Positions 8,943 through 19,486 of a DNA stretch of 64,000 nucleotides are shown piece after piece. Below the pieces are notes generated by a model. The model was given only the letters and a program-made list of their open reading frames with translations, had not been told where the DNA came from and made no database searches. The stretch lies in the NCBI GenBank assembly GCA_965222375.1, contig CBDCTZ010000016.1:768001-832000 (forward strand), written 5' to 3'. The first letter of the stretch is position 1. Every line of letters begins with the position of its first letter. The DNA comes from Polyangiaceae bacterium (lineage in GTDB: Bacteria; Myxococcota_A; Polyangia; Polyangiales; Polyangiaceae). Both the position numbers and the translations under genes were made by a program.

Positions 8943-9838
8943 AGGGTCCGCGCGTCATCGTCGTAGTCAAGCGTTCGGCGTACCGACGCTACGTGGAGCA
9001 AGAAGGAGACCCGCGCGCTCGGAAGCTGATCCGACGTCGAGACCCAACCGTGGCGAACTGGCGCCAAGCCCACGACGATCACATGCACACCGTGGACGCG
9101 GTGACCAGCGTGTTGGATTCCCTGGGCGCGCGGGCGTTGACCTTGAAGGGCAGTCACGCGTCCTTCGACTCGGAAGGCGCGGCGCTCGTAGTCGCCGTCG
9201 GAGGCGACGGGACGCTGCTGGCCGCGTCTCACAACGTGGGTCGGGTACCGGTATTGGGCGTCAACAGTGCGCCTCGCTTCAGTGTCGGGTTCTTCTGCGC
9301 AGCTCGGCGCACGAATCTGAAAAAGACCTTGGGTGGCGCCCTAGACGGCAGTCTGGGAAAGGTGCGGCTCGCGCGCATGAGCGTCAGCGTCAACGGGCGC
9401 ATCCGCTCCAAACGAGTTCTCAACGAGGCCCTGTATTGTCACTCCTCGCCTGCCGCAACCTCTCGATACCTGCTCTCTCACAAGCGCATTCGCGAGGAGC
9501 ACAAGTCCAGCGGCTTTTGGATCGGGCCGGCGGCAGGCTCCACGGCCGCGCAGCGCTCGGCCGGTGGTCGGATTTTGCCTCTGCGCTCCCGCAAGCTTCA
9601 GCTCGTAGTGCGGGAGCCCTACTCGAGCTTCGGTCGAAAGTTCCGCCTGTCGCGCTTCCTGATAGACCCCGGGGAGCGGGTCACCGCCGACAGCATGATG
9701 ACCGATGCCTGCATGTTCCTGGACGGGCCCTATCGACGGATCGGCTTCGGTTTGGGGGATTCCGCGAGCTTCACCACGAGTGAGGAGCCCTTGATCGTTC
9801 TAGGACTGCCCGCTAGCCGTGCGGCAGGCTCCAGCTGA
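8939..9838 (+). CDS. NAD(+) kinase family protein
   Basis: GGDGTLL, LNE, AAGSTA motifs; ATGA overlap with the NUDIX gene. Confidence 0.85.
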   Translation: MKGPRVIVVVKRSAYRRYVEQEGDPRARKLIRRRDPTVANWRQAHDDHMHTVDAVTSVLDSLGARALTLKGSHASFDSEGAALVVAVGGDGTLLAASHNVGRVPVLGVNSAPRFSVGFFCAARRTNLKKTLGGALDGSLGKVRLARMSVSVNGRIRSKRVLNEALYCHSSPAATSRYLLSHKRIREEHKSSGFWIGPAAGSTAAQRSAGGRILPLRSRKLQLVVREPYSSFGRKFRLSRFLIDPGERVTADSMMTDACMFLDGPYRRIGFGLGDSASFTTSEEPLIVLGLPASRAAGSS

Positions 9839-9932
9839 CACCCCGCGTTACCCACATTGTAGGACAAGTTTCGCGACGACAGCGCGATCCGCCGGGTATG
9901 GGCGGATGAGCGCGCTATGCTCCGGGCACGTG

Positions 9933-10601
9933 ATGCTGCCCAAATTTCGTCCTGGAGTGTTGGCGTGTGTGTTCATTTTGATGGGCTGCGCGACCGGCGA
10001 AGGAATCGGCCCCGGTGACGGCACGGCTGGCGCGGCTCAAGCAGGCAGTGCAGGTAGCGGTATCGGTGGGAGCAAGACTGATTTCCCCGGTGGTACGGGT
10101 GGGATTTCTGTGGCGGGTGCAGGTGGTGCAGCTGCAGGTGCGGGCGGTTCCTTGGGCGGTAGCGCTGGTGCTGTAACCGGTGGAGCGGCGGGTACCGGAG
10201 CAGGCACAGGTTCTGGCGGCGCGGCGGCGTGCAATCCCGGTGAGAAGAAATGTGGCGGGCTGTGTGTGCCGCCGAGCCCTGGGGTCGGTTGCGACGCGAC
10301 CGCGTGCAGCCCTTGTGCGGTTGTGGCCAACGCCAACCTGAAGTGCAGTGGGACGACCTGCGACTTTGATTGCTTGACCGGGTACATCAAGAGCGGCTCT
10401 TCGTGCATTCCACAAAGTGGGAGTGGAGGTTCGCCCGGAACGGGCGGCACTACAGGCACCGGGGGTGGCGGAGGTGGCGGTTGCGCCTTGCCATGTGACT
10501 GGACAGATCCATCCAACCAGCTCGTGTGCACAGCGGCCTGCTTGCTGAGCGGCAAGAACTTCGGCCTCTGCACGCCGTTCAATTGCTGTAGCTGTACCTG
10601 A
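9933..10601 (+). CDS. Gly-rich/Cys-rich putative lipoprotein
   Basis: Lipobox LMGC; two Gly linkers, each followed by a Cys cluster. Confidence 0.7.
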   Translation: MLPKFRPGVLACVFILMGCATGEGIGPGDGTAGAAQAGSAGSGIGGSKTDFPGGTGGISVAGAGGAAAGAGGSLGGSAGAVTGGAAGTGAGTGSGGAAACNPGEKKCGGLCVPPSPGVGCDATACSPCAVVANANLKCSGTTCDFDCLTGYIKSGSSCIPQSGSGGSPGTGGTTGTGGGGGGGCALPCDWTDPSNQLVCTAACLLSGKNFGLCTPFNCCSCT

Positions 10602-10663
10602 GCGCCGGCTCACGCCGGATGCTTCCATAGGTGGTGTATGATGCTCGGTACCTGAGGAACACC

Positions 10664-11509
10664 ATGGCGAAGCACGGCCTGAAACTCGCAGTCTCAGTAG
10701 GGCTCTCCATGGCGCTGGCCGCGCCGGGAGCGCTGGCGCAGGACGACGAAAAGAAACCGATGGACGAAGACGACGTCGTTTTCGACAACACCAAGCCAAA
10801 GAAGAAGGACGAACCCGACGTCGTCTTCGACAACACCGCGCCGCCCCCGGAGGAGCCCGAGAAGCTCGAAAACGCGAGTACCTTCGCGACCACCGATCCC
10901 GACGCGCCGGAGGCGCGTCGCCGACGATTCCGACCTGGCTGGGCGGCAGGTTTTCGTCTTGGCTGGTCCATACCGGGCGGGGATTTCGAAAACACCCCAG
11001 CCGGAGCTGCTCCTCTGAGCCTTGGGATTACCGGAGTGCTTGGTCTGGGTATTGATGCAGGCTACCGCTTCACCGAGAACCTTCTCCTCGTCCTGAACGT
11101 CGGCGGGGGCTATGTGTTTCCGAAGAACTGCGGCGGCGGCGAAAGTTGTTCGGGCTGGCAAATCCGTGGCGGTCCCATGGGCATGTGGCGCTTCCTTCCC
11201 TTCCAGAATATCTCGCCCTGGGTGGGATTGGGTGCCGGGTATGAATACATCGTCCAAAGCCGTACCGTGGGAGGTTCGGACAGGAACGTCGCCTACCACG
11301 GTTTTCAGTTCTTGGAGCTGTCCGGTGGCGCTCACTTCCGAACATCCCGAACCTACGCGGGACCCTTCGTTAGCTTTGTCCTGGGACGATATGGGACCAA
11401 ATCCCGCTCTGGCACCCTAGCGGGCGAAGATTACGACGAATCGGATCCCGTGGAGGATCCGGCTACTCACCAGTGGATCACCCTCGGTCTGCACGCAGTG
11501 CTGGACTGA
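10664..11509 (+). CDS. Outer-membrane beta-barrel protein (small OmpA-like barrel) with acidic N-terminal linker
   Basis: GAGGA SD; signal peptide ALA-Q; alternating amphipathic strands (SPWVGLGAGY, HQWITLGLH). Confidence 0.7.
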   Translation: MAKHGLKLAVSVGLSMALAAPGALAQDDEKKPMDEDDVVFDNTKPKKKDEPDVVFDNTAPPPEEPEKLENASTFATTDPDAPEARRRRFRPGWAAGFRLGWSIPGGDFENTPAGAAPLSLGITGVLGLGIDAGYRFTENLLLVLNVGGGYVFPKNCGGGESCSGWQIRGGPMGMWRFLPFQNISPWVGLGAGYEYIVQSRTVGGSDRNVAYHGFQFLELSGGAHFRTSRTYAGPFVSFVLGRYGTKSRSGTLAGEDYDESDPVEDPATHQWITLGLHAVLD

Positions 11510-11518
11510 GCCGACAAC

Positions 11519-12826
<1,308 letters not shown>

Positions 12827-14824
12827 CTATGACCGCTCGCCCATGAAGGACTCCCAGGGCTTCGCTTCCCGGAAGATCCGCACCAATTCGGCGTCGACGT
12901 GACCGTCTTTCACTTCCAATCCCAAGATGTCGAGGGCCTTCTCGATTGGCACTGCACGTTTGTACGGGCGATCGCTCGCGGTCAGCGCGTCGAAGATGTC
13001 GCTGATCGTCATCATCTTGGATTGGATGGGGATTTCCGCGGCGTGCAGGCGGTTGGGGTAGCCGGTGCCGTTGAGACGCTCGTGGTGGGCGCCCGCGATG
13101 ACCGCAACCCGCGAGAAGGTCTTGCCCCAGGGGATCTTCGACAAGAAGCGATAGGTGTGGGTCACGTGGCTACGGATCTCGTCGTATTCCTCAGGCGTCA
13201 GCGAGCCACGCATGACGCTCAAGGACTTCACCTCTCGTTCCGTGAGCAGGGGAGATTCTCCGCCGTCTAGCCGCGCGTAGACCTGCCTCGAAAGGTCGGC
13301 GATCTTCTTGAAATCCCCCGCAGCCAGCACCGTGGGCTCATTGGCGTGCGTGATGGTTTGCCAGGCGTCGTCAAGTTGCGCGCGCCGCTCCAACAACTCC
13401 TGGTCGAAGGCTTCCAGTTCGGAGCGCGATGCGCCACGTTCCATCGCCGTCAGCTTTCGCTCGAGGACGTCCAGCTCTACGGTCCGGGTCACGAAGTCGA
13501 AGCGCTGCCGCACGGAATCGAGTTCGTGGGGGTAGAGCTTCTTGGCCTTCACCAGCACATGCTCACGAACGCCAATCTTGCCGAAATCGTGGAGCAGGGA
13601 GGCGTATTCGATTTCTCGAAGGTCTTCGGGCTTCCAGTTCAGATCGCGATAGGGTCCAGCGTCCTCACGTTCGACTGCCGCTGCCAGACCCACAGTGAGA
13701 TCAGCAACCCGCCGGCTATGACCACTGGTCGTCGGATCTCGCTGCTCGATGGCGTCGACGCTGGCCCGCACGAAGCCTTCAAAAATGGAACGGATCTCGT
13801 CGTACAGAATGGCGTTTTCGAGGGCGATGCCCGCTTGGGCGGCAAGGGTCAGCAAGAGTTGTTCGCTGCGATCGTCGAAGGGCACCACCCAGCGCTCGCA
13901 GTCTTCCGGGCAAGTCAGCTTTTGACTGGCTTCCTTCTTCTTGTTGATGAGCTGCAAGACGCCAATGACCTCTCCGGACTTCGTGACCAGAGGCGTGCAC
14001 AGCATGCTCTTCGTTCGGTATCCCACCTTTTCGTCGAAGGAGCGGTCGAAGCTGAAGGGTGAGCCGGCCGGCATCTCGTAGGCGTCGTCGATGCGCAGCG
14101 TGGTCTTTTCCAGCGCTACATGCCCCGCCATGCTCCCGCGGCTGATGGGCATGGTGAATTCCCGTGAGTCGAAAGAAACCGAGTCGTTTTGGCTCGTCTT
14201 GAAACGCAGGTCCCGGCGGGATGGGTCCGGGTCACTGCCCTCGACTACGTAGATGCTCCCCGCGTCAGCGCCGGTCACGAAGCGACCCTTTTCGAGGATC
14301 AGATGCAGCAGCTGCGCGATCTCGCGCTCGGTCGTGAGCGCTCGGGCGATCTCGATCAGCTCACCCAATTCGTAGCGATAGCGGCTGACCCATTTGCCGC
14401 GGCTCTCGCTGCGGCCCTTCACTTCCATCAGCTCGAAGGCTTGGTTCAGCGCGACGGTCAGCTCCGCGCCTTGAGGCTCTGCTCCGAGAATGGCGAACAA
14501 GCCCCGGTTCTGCGCCTCCGTCAGATCATTGCCTTCGACGCCGCCGAGCAAGATCAGACGCATTTCGTATGCGGTCAGGGCGTCCGCATAGGGCGCGAAG
14601 AGTTCCCGCCCATTTTTCCAGGTCACGCTCGGCGCCAACAAGATGCAGCGCTTCTCCTGCCGTACCAAGCAAAGCAGAGGGTGCGGCCGCACCACCGTCA
14701 CACCCGAGAGCCCCGGCAGTTGGCGGATCGTATCCGCCAGCGCTTGCATCTTCGCCACCGCTTCTTCGGCCCGGCCACTTAGTTTGCGCGGTGCCTGTCC
14801 CCCGGTATCGGTGCTCAGCGTCAT
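12827..14824 (-). CDS. GAF + HD-GYP cyclic-dinucleotide phosphodiesterase
   Basis: GAF (GYRTKSMLCTP, GVLQLINK); GHSRRV, LLHDFGKIG, HHERLNGTGYP, DIFDALT, RPYK motifs. Confidence 0.9.
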   Translation of the reverse strand: MTLSTDTGGQAPRKLSGRAEEAVAKMQALADTIRQLPGLSGVTVVRPHPLLCLVRQEKRCILLAPSVTWKNGRELFAPYADALTAYEMRLILLGGVEGNDLTEAQNRGLFAILGAEPQGAELTVALNQAFELMEVKGRSESRGKWVSRYRYELGELIEIARALTTEREIAQLLHLILEKGRFVTGADAGSIYVVEGSDPDPSRRDLRFKTSQNDSVSFDSREFTMPISRGSMAGHVALEKTTLRIDDAYEMPAGSPFSFDRSFDEKVGYRTKSMLCTPLVTKSGEVIGVLQLINKKKEASQKLTCPEDCERWVVPFDDRSEQLLLTLAAQAGIALENAILYDEIRSIFEGFVRASVDAIEQRDPTTSGHSRRVADLTVGLAAAVEREDAGPYRDLNWKPEDLREIEYASLLHDFGKIGVREHVLVKAKKLYPHELDSVRQRFDFVTRTVELDVLERKLTAMERGASRSELEAFDQELLERRAQLDDAWQTITHANEPTVLAAGDFKKIADLSRQVYARLDGGESPLLTEREVKSLSVMRGSLTPEEYDEIRSHVTHTYRFLSKIPWGKTFSRVAVIAGAHHERLNGTGYPNRLHAAEIPIQSKMMTISDIFDALTASDRPYKRAVPIEKALDILGLEVKDGHVDAELVRIFREAKPWESFMGERS

Positions 14825-15873
14825 TGCTCCTCGCCGTTTTCTCTGCGCGGCTCCCCTCGCCCACCGCGAGGGCCCCCGTTGTTGCGCCGTTCGTCCTCGT
14901 CACGGCGCAACTCAGCGTCGCGCTTTTCGTACGCAACGACAATCTTTTGTACCAAGGAGTGCCGAACTACGTCCGCCTCTGTAAACATGCAGAAAGCGAT
15001 TCCCGGGATGCTCGACAAAAGCTGGCTCGCCTCCCGTAGGCCGCTACGTGCGCCCGTGGGCAGGTCCGTCTGGGTCACATCGCCAGTCACGCAGGCTTTG
15101 GAACCGAAGCCGAGGCGGGTCAAAAACATTCGCATCTGCTCGGAAGTCGCGTTCTGGGCTTCGTCCAGGATCACGAAGGAGTCGTTTAGGGTGCGCCCGC
15201 GCATGAATGCGAGGGGTGCGACTTCGATTTGTCCGCGCTCCTGCAGCTGCTCCACTTTGTCGAAGTCCAGCATGTCATGCAGGGCGTCGTAGAGCGGACG
15301 CAGGTACGGGTTCACCTTCTCGGCCAAGTCCCCCGGCAAGAAGCCGAGCTTCTCCCCAGCCTCGACCGCCGGGCGAGTCAAGATGATGCGCTTCACGCGC
15401 TTTTGCATCAGCGCGCTCGCCGCCATGGCCATGGCTAGGTAGGTCTTGCCGGTTCCGGCGGGGCCGATCCCGAAGGTCAGGTCATGCTCACGAATGGCCT
15501 GGATGTAGCGGCGCTGGGCTTGGCCCTTGGGAGCGATGGGTTTGCGGCGCGGAGTGATCAGAACCACTTCATCGATCAGATCGACCAGAGTGCTGTCGGG
15601 ATCGTCTCGCAGCCCGCGTACGGTTCGTCCCACGTCGTTGGGTCCGATCTCGTAGCCTTTGCTCACGAGCTGGGCGACGTCGGACAGGAAGCGATGCGCC
15701 ACGCGCACGTCGACCTTTTCCCCCGATAGATAGATGGTGTTGCCCCGCAAGCTCACCTCGGCCCCGCTCTGCCGGGACAGTTCGCCCAGGAGCGCGCTCT
15801 GGGGACCCGACAGCGCCATGAGCACGGAGGTGTTTTCGACTTCCAGGCTCTCGCTGTACGGGGTGTCACTCAT
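14821..15873 (-). CDS. phoH: PhoH-family ATPase
   Basis: GPAGTGKT, RPAVEAGE, FMRGRTL, ILDEAQN, GDVTQTDL. Confidence 0.95.
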   Translation of the reverse strand: MSDTPYSESLEVENTSVLMALSGPQSALLGELSRQSGAEVSLRGNTIYLSGEKVDVRVAHRFLSDVAQLVSKGYEIGPNDVGRTVRGLRDDPDSTLVDLIDEVVLITPRRKPIAPKGQAQRRYIQAIREHDLTFGIGPAGTGKTYLAMAMAASALMQKRVKRIILTRPAVEAGEKLGFLPGDLAEKVNPYLRPLYDALHDMLDFDKVEQLQERGQIEVAPLAFMRGRTLNDSFVILDEAQNATSEQMRMFLTRLGFGSKACVTGDVTQTDLPTGARSGLREASQLLSSIPGIAFCMFTEADVVRHSLVQKIVVAYEKRDAELRRDEDERRNNGGPRGGRGEPRRENGEEQ

Positions 15874-16068
15874 TTGGGGCGGTGGGGCTCCGAATCGGCA
15901 AAGGGTCGTGAGGAGGCTTCAGGATATCCTTGAAGCCTCGACTTCGCACGAAGTGTCGTGGCTGACGCGTCGGTGGCCGCCCATCGCCAACCTTCCGCTT
16001 CCGAGGCACCGCGTACGCGATCGCCCTTTTCTTGGCCTTTGCGGCCAACCGCCGGTAACCCCGGAGGC

Positions 16069-17304
16069 ATGCGTGGCTGGAGCCGGTGGATTGGAATCGG
16101 GGCTGCGGCAGGGCTGATTTTCGCTCTGGTGCCCGTGGTGAGAGGTGACATCGCCTTCGAAGGCGCTCTGCGCAAGCTGTCGCCTCGGCCCGTGGATGTG
16201 CCCAAGGGCCCGAACCTCGACGGGTTCGATTTGATGCGCCTCGACATGCGTCCGCGCAGGGTGCTGACGCCGCTGTCCGAGGGCCGCTACGCAAAGCTGA
16301 CCCTCGACCCGACCGTGCAACGCGCCGCGATCACGGAGATGAAAAAGTACCGCGTTCCCGAGGCTGGCGTAGTGGTTCAGAGTGTCAAGACGGGGCGCTT
16401 GCTGGCCTATGCTAGCTACGTGAACACGGGCCCGAAGTTCGACGTGAACGTCCGGGCGGAGCCGCCCGCGGCCAGCGTGTTCAAGGTCGTTACGAGCGCT
16501 GCGTTGGTCGAAAAAGCCGGGCTCAATGCCAAGACCGAGCAGTGTTATCGGGGCGGGCGTAGCAGGATCATGGCGGACGAACTGCGGGAGGACCCTGCTC
16601 GGGACAAGTGGTGTTCGACCCTAGCCATGGCCATGGGGCGCAGTCTCAACGTCGTCTACGGTCGTTTGGCGCAGAAGCACCTCACGCCCGAGGATCTCAC
16701 TGCGATGGGTGGCGCATTCGGCTTCGGAGCACCGACACCGTTTCCCGTGGCCAATGAAGCGCCCAGCATCGACATTCCCAATGACCCTCTGGAGTTTGCC
16801 CGGGCCAGTGCTGGTTTCTGGCATACGACCCTGTCACCTCTCTCCGCCGTCGGCATCGTGCAAGCTGTTGCGAACGGAGGTGTCGCGCTCAAGCCCCAAA
16901 TCGTGGATTCGATCCATCGAGGCAAAGAGACCCTCTGGACCGAGTCCAAAGAGCCGAAGGTGCTCCGCCGTTCAGTGAAGCCCGAGACTGCCGACGAGTT
17001 GACCAAAATGATGATCCAAACAACTCGGAATGGCTCCGCCTTCAAGAGCTTCCACGACCGGCGCGGTCGCCCCTTCCTGCCCGGGATCACCGTCGCTGGA
17101 AAGACCGGGACGCTGACCAAACACAAGAAGAACCGGCACTACACTTGGTTCGTTGGATTCGCGCCAGCGGAAAAGCCGGAGATCGCCATCTCGGCGCTTG
17201 TGGTGAACACTCCTACCTGGCGCATCAAGGGTCCAGAGCTCGCGAGGAATGTGTTGCGCGCCTATTTCGCCAAGAAGGGCAGGAAAGGTGTTTCGGCACC
17301 CTGA
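16069..17304 (+). CDS. Penicillin-binding protein, transpeptidase domain with N-terminal anchor
   Basis: SVFK (SxxK), SLN (SxN) and KTG motifs all present; GGAGG upstream. Confidence 0.9.
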   Translation: MRGWSRWIGIGAAAGLIFALVPVVRGDIAFEGALRKLSPRPVDVPKGPNLDGFDLMRLDMRPRRVLTPLSEGRYAKLTLDPTVQRAAITEMKKYRVPEAGVVVQSVKTGRLLAYASYVNTGPKFDVNVRAEPPAASVFKVVTSAALVEKAGLNAKTEQCYRGGRSRIMADELREDPARDKWCSTLAMAMGRSLNVVYGRLAQKHLTPEDLTAMGGAFGFGAPTPFPVANEAPSIDIPNDPLEFARASAGFWHTTLSPLSAVGIVQAVANGGVALKPQIVDSIHRGKETLWTESKEPKVLRRSVKPETADELTKMMIQTTRNGSAFKSFHDRRGRPFLPGITVAGKTGTLTKHKKNRHYTWFVGFAPAEKPEIAISALVVNTPTWRIKGPELARNVLRAYFAKKGRKGVSAP

Positions 17305-17403
17305 CGCTCGGTCCAGGCCCTGCGCATTGTTTCACCCCTAGCAAAATCCCTGTGCAAAGCGGCCTTGGCAGGATGATTTCCGCCAGTTTCGGTGAGGTCA
17401 GGG

Positions 17404-17432
17404 TTGGACTCGCAGGCATAGGTTGCTAGAGT
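17404..17432 (+). promoter_or_regulatory. Sigma70-type promoter for a probable leaderless transcript
   Basis: TTGGAC-N17-TAGAGT with extended -10 TG; GTG start 6 nt downstream. Confidence 0.5.
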
Positions 17433-17438
17433 ATTCTT

Positions 17439-17690
17439 GTGCAAGTCGTGTTGCGAAAGCTCGGCCGCGGATCCCGCGCAGTAACCGGTCGGCTCGTGCG
17501 AGCCCCGCGCAAGGGTTCGGTTGTGGTGATTGAGTTTTCAGATGGCATGCACGAATACGTGACGACTCCGGTCAAGCGCGTGCTTCGTCTGGCGTCTAGT
17601 GACGTCTTCTACATCGAAACTGTGAATAGCCGGTACCGGCTGGAAGTCCGCGATCGCGAGCGCACGCTCGAAGACGCGTCCAGCGGCTGA
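17439..17690 (+). CDS. Small hypothetical protein (83 aa, beta-rich)
   Basis: Clean ORF with its own promoter; globular-looking sequence. Confidence 0.7.
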   Translation: MQVVLRKLGRGSRAVTGRLVRAPRKGSVVVIEFSDGMHEYVTTPVKRVLRLASSDVFYIETVNSRYRLEVRDRERTLEDASSG

Positions 17691-17797
17691 GCATCATCTT
17701 TCCGTCAACGTCGGACTAGCGCCCCCGGCGCCTTTCCGCTATCCACGCCCGTCGCGGGGCTTGCCCGCGGCCACTACCACAAGGACGAGTCTGAGAA

Positions 17798-17938
17798 ATG
17801 GGACGTTTTGATCGCCGTAGATCTTCCAAGATGCGCCGCCGCAAGAGCCAGGCAAAGAAGAAGGAGCGCGAGCAGCGTCGCGCAGAGGAAAAGAAGGCTC
17901 AGAAGACCAAGGGCGGCAAGAAGAAGTCGTCCAGCTGA
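17798..17938 (+). CDS. Small Lys/Arg-rich protein (46 aa), not in ORF track
   Basis: MGRFDRRRSSKMRRRKSQAKKKEREQRRAEEKKAQKTKGGKKKSSS; all Lys codons are AAG; fills the intergenic gap. Confidence 0.7.
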   Translation: MGRFDRRRSSKMRRRKSQAKKKEREQRRAEEKKAQKTKGGKKKSSS

Positions 17939-17954
17939 GGTCGGTCGCCCGGCG

Positions 17955-18461
17955 TCAGCGAATGACGCGTGTCGGGAACTGAGTGTCTCTGGGGGATGTC
18001 GCGTCCTGCGACACGGGGATGGCCTCACCAAATAGCCCCATGTCGCCGGCTAGACGCTGTTCGCGAACCAACTGCCAGCCGCCGTCGTCCCGCCAGACCT
18101 GCGCGACGCGTGTCGAGCGCAAGGTGGCGTCGTTTGCCCGTACCCACGCCACATCCACCTGGACCGTGGCGCGGAGCTTGTCCTGCATGCTCAACCCAGC
18201 CAGGACGACATCGACGATCCGTACGTCCTTTCCCCACTTCGTGCGGCGTTCCAGGAAGGTGCTCCGCGCACCTTTGGCTGTGTGCCCCAGGGCGATGTCC
18301 ATGCGTCCGAATCGCGTCGCCAAGTTCAGCTCCCGGGCTGCATCCGTCACCCGCGCGGCCTGAGAAGGAGGCGATAGACACGCGGAGAGCGTGGTCAGGC
18401 CGCCTAGGAGTAGGGCCCCGGGCAGGGCAAGGGCTCGCCGGGCTTGGCGTGAGTGCGTCAT
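17955..18461 (-). CDS. Hypothetical lipoprotein
   Basis: Lipobox LSAC; compact alpha/beta domain. Confidence 0.7.
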   Translation of the reverse strand: MTHSRQARRALALPGALLLGGLTTLSACLSPPSQAARVTDAARELNLATRFGRMDIALGHTAKGARSTFLERRTKWGKDVRIVDVVLAGLSMQDKLRATVQVDVAWVRANDATLRSTRVAQVWRDDGGWQLVREQRLAGDMGLFGEAIPVSQDATSPRDTQFPTRVIR

Positions 18462-18541
18462 CTACCGGTTGCCGTATCAGACGTGGTCAAACCGGAAAAG
18501 AAAGCCGCGAATCCAGGCATGTCGCGTGGCATGCTTGAAAG

Positions 18542-19483
18542 GTGAATCTGGGCCGCCGCTCCGTCCGGGCCTGCGCCGTCTTAGTGGCGTTGCTCGCCCA
18601 CTGCGCCCTGGCCAGCGCGGAGTCCGCAGCGGACCTGACCAAGAGCGGGCTCACCAAGCTCAAAGGGGGTGACCTCGCTGGAGCTGTGGAGGATCTGCGG
18701 CGAGCGGCACAGATCGACCCGACGGCCCCGCTGCTCTTCAACCTCGCGCAGGCCGAGATCAAGTTGGGCAAGCTGACGGACGCCGAGCGCCACCTGAAAG
18801 AAGCGAAAGTACTGGCGGAGCAGAGCGGCCCCAAGTCGCTGATTGGGCTGAGCGACAACGCCCTGGAGAAGCTGGCTACCCGGGTCCCCAAGCTCGAGAT
18901 CGTGTCCGTACCGGATGCGGAGGAGCTGGAACTGACCTTGGACGGAAAGTCGATCAAGGGCGTGGATCATCGCATCAATCCGGGCAGCCACGAGTTGGTC
19001 GCCAAAGCCAGCGGCTTCAAGGAGCATCGCGAGAAGTTTGACGCCAAAGAGGGCGAGACGGTCAGTTTGAGCTTCACCCTCCAGACCAAACGGAAACCGA
19101 AATCCAGCGAGCCCGTCGAAGTCGAGTCAGGCCCGGATTTCCCCATCGGCCCGGTCGTGTTGGGGGCCGCTGGTGTTGTTGCAGCTGGCGCGGGTGTCTA
19201 CTTCTACACGCGAGTGTCAGCGATCGATGACGATCGCCGTGCGGAGTTCGAAAAGGCGGGCTGCCCCGGGCCCAGTTGCCCGGAAGAGCCCGAGAGCGCG
19301 AGGTTGCTTCGGGAAGATGGTGAACAAGCCGCGCTATTCGGAAACGTCTTCGTGGGAGTCGGCGCTGCAGCGCTCGTCGGTGCGGGGGTCTGGTGGCTGC
19401 TCTCAGGCAATGGCGGGAAGGCTCAACCAACGGTCGGGCTCACCCTGGCGCCGAACCAAGCCCACGTGGTCGGACGTTTCTGA
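18542..19483 (+). CDS. TPR + PEGA domain protein with C-terminal hydrophobic segments
   Basis: Signal peptide; TPR (LLFNLAQAEIKLGKLTDA); PEGA (LTLDGK...INPGSHELVAKASGF); two Gly-rich TM-like helices. Confidence 0.8.
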   Translation: MNLGRRSVRACAVLVALLAHCALASAESAADLTKSGLTKLKGGDLAGAVEDLRRAAQIDPTAPLLFNLAQAEIKLGKLTDAERHLKEAKVLAEQSGPKSLIGLSDNALEKLATRVPKLEIVSVPDAEELELTLDGKSIKGVDHRINPGSHELVAKASGFKEHREKFDAKEGETVSLSFTLQTKRKPKSSEPVEVESGPDFPIGPVVLGAAGVVAAGAGVYFYTRVSAIDDDRRAEFEKAGCPGPSCPEEPESARLLREDGEQAALFGNVFVGVGAAALVGAGVWWLLSGNGGKAQPTVGLTLAPNQAHVVGRF

Positions 19484-19486
19484 GGC

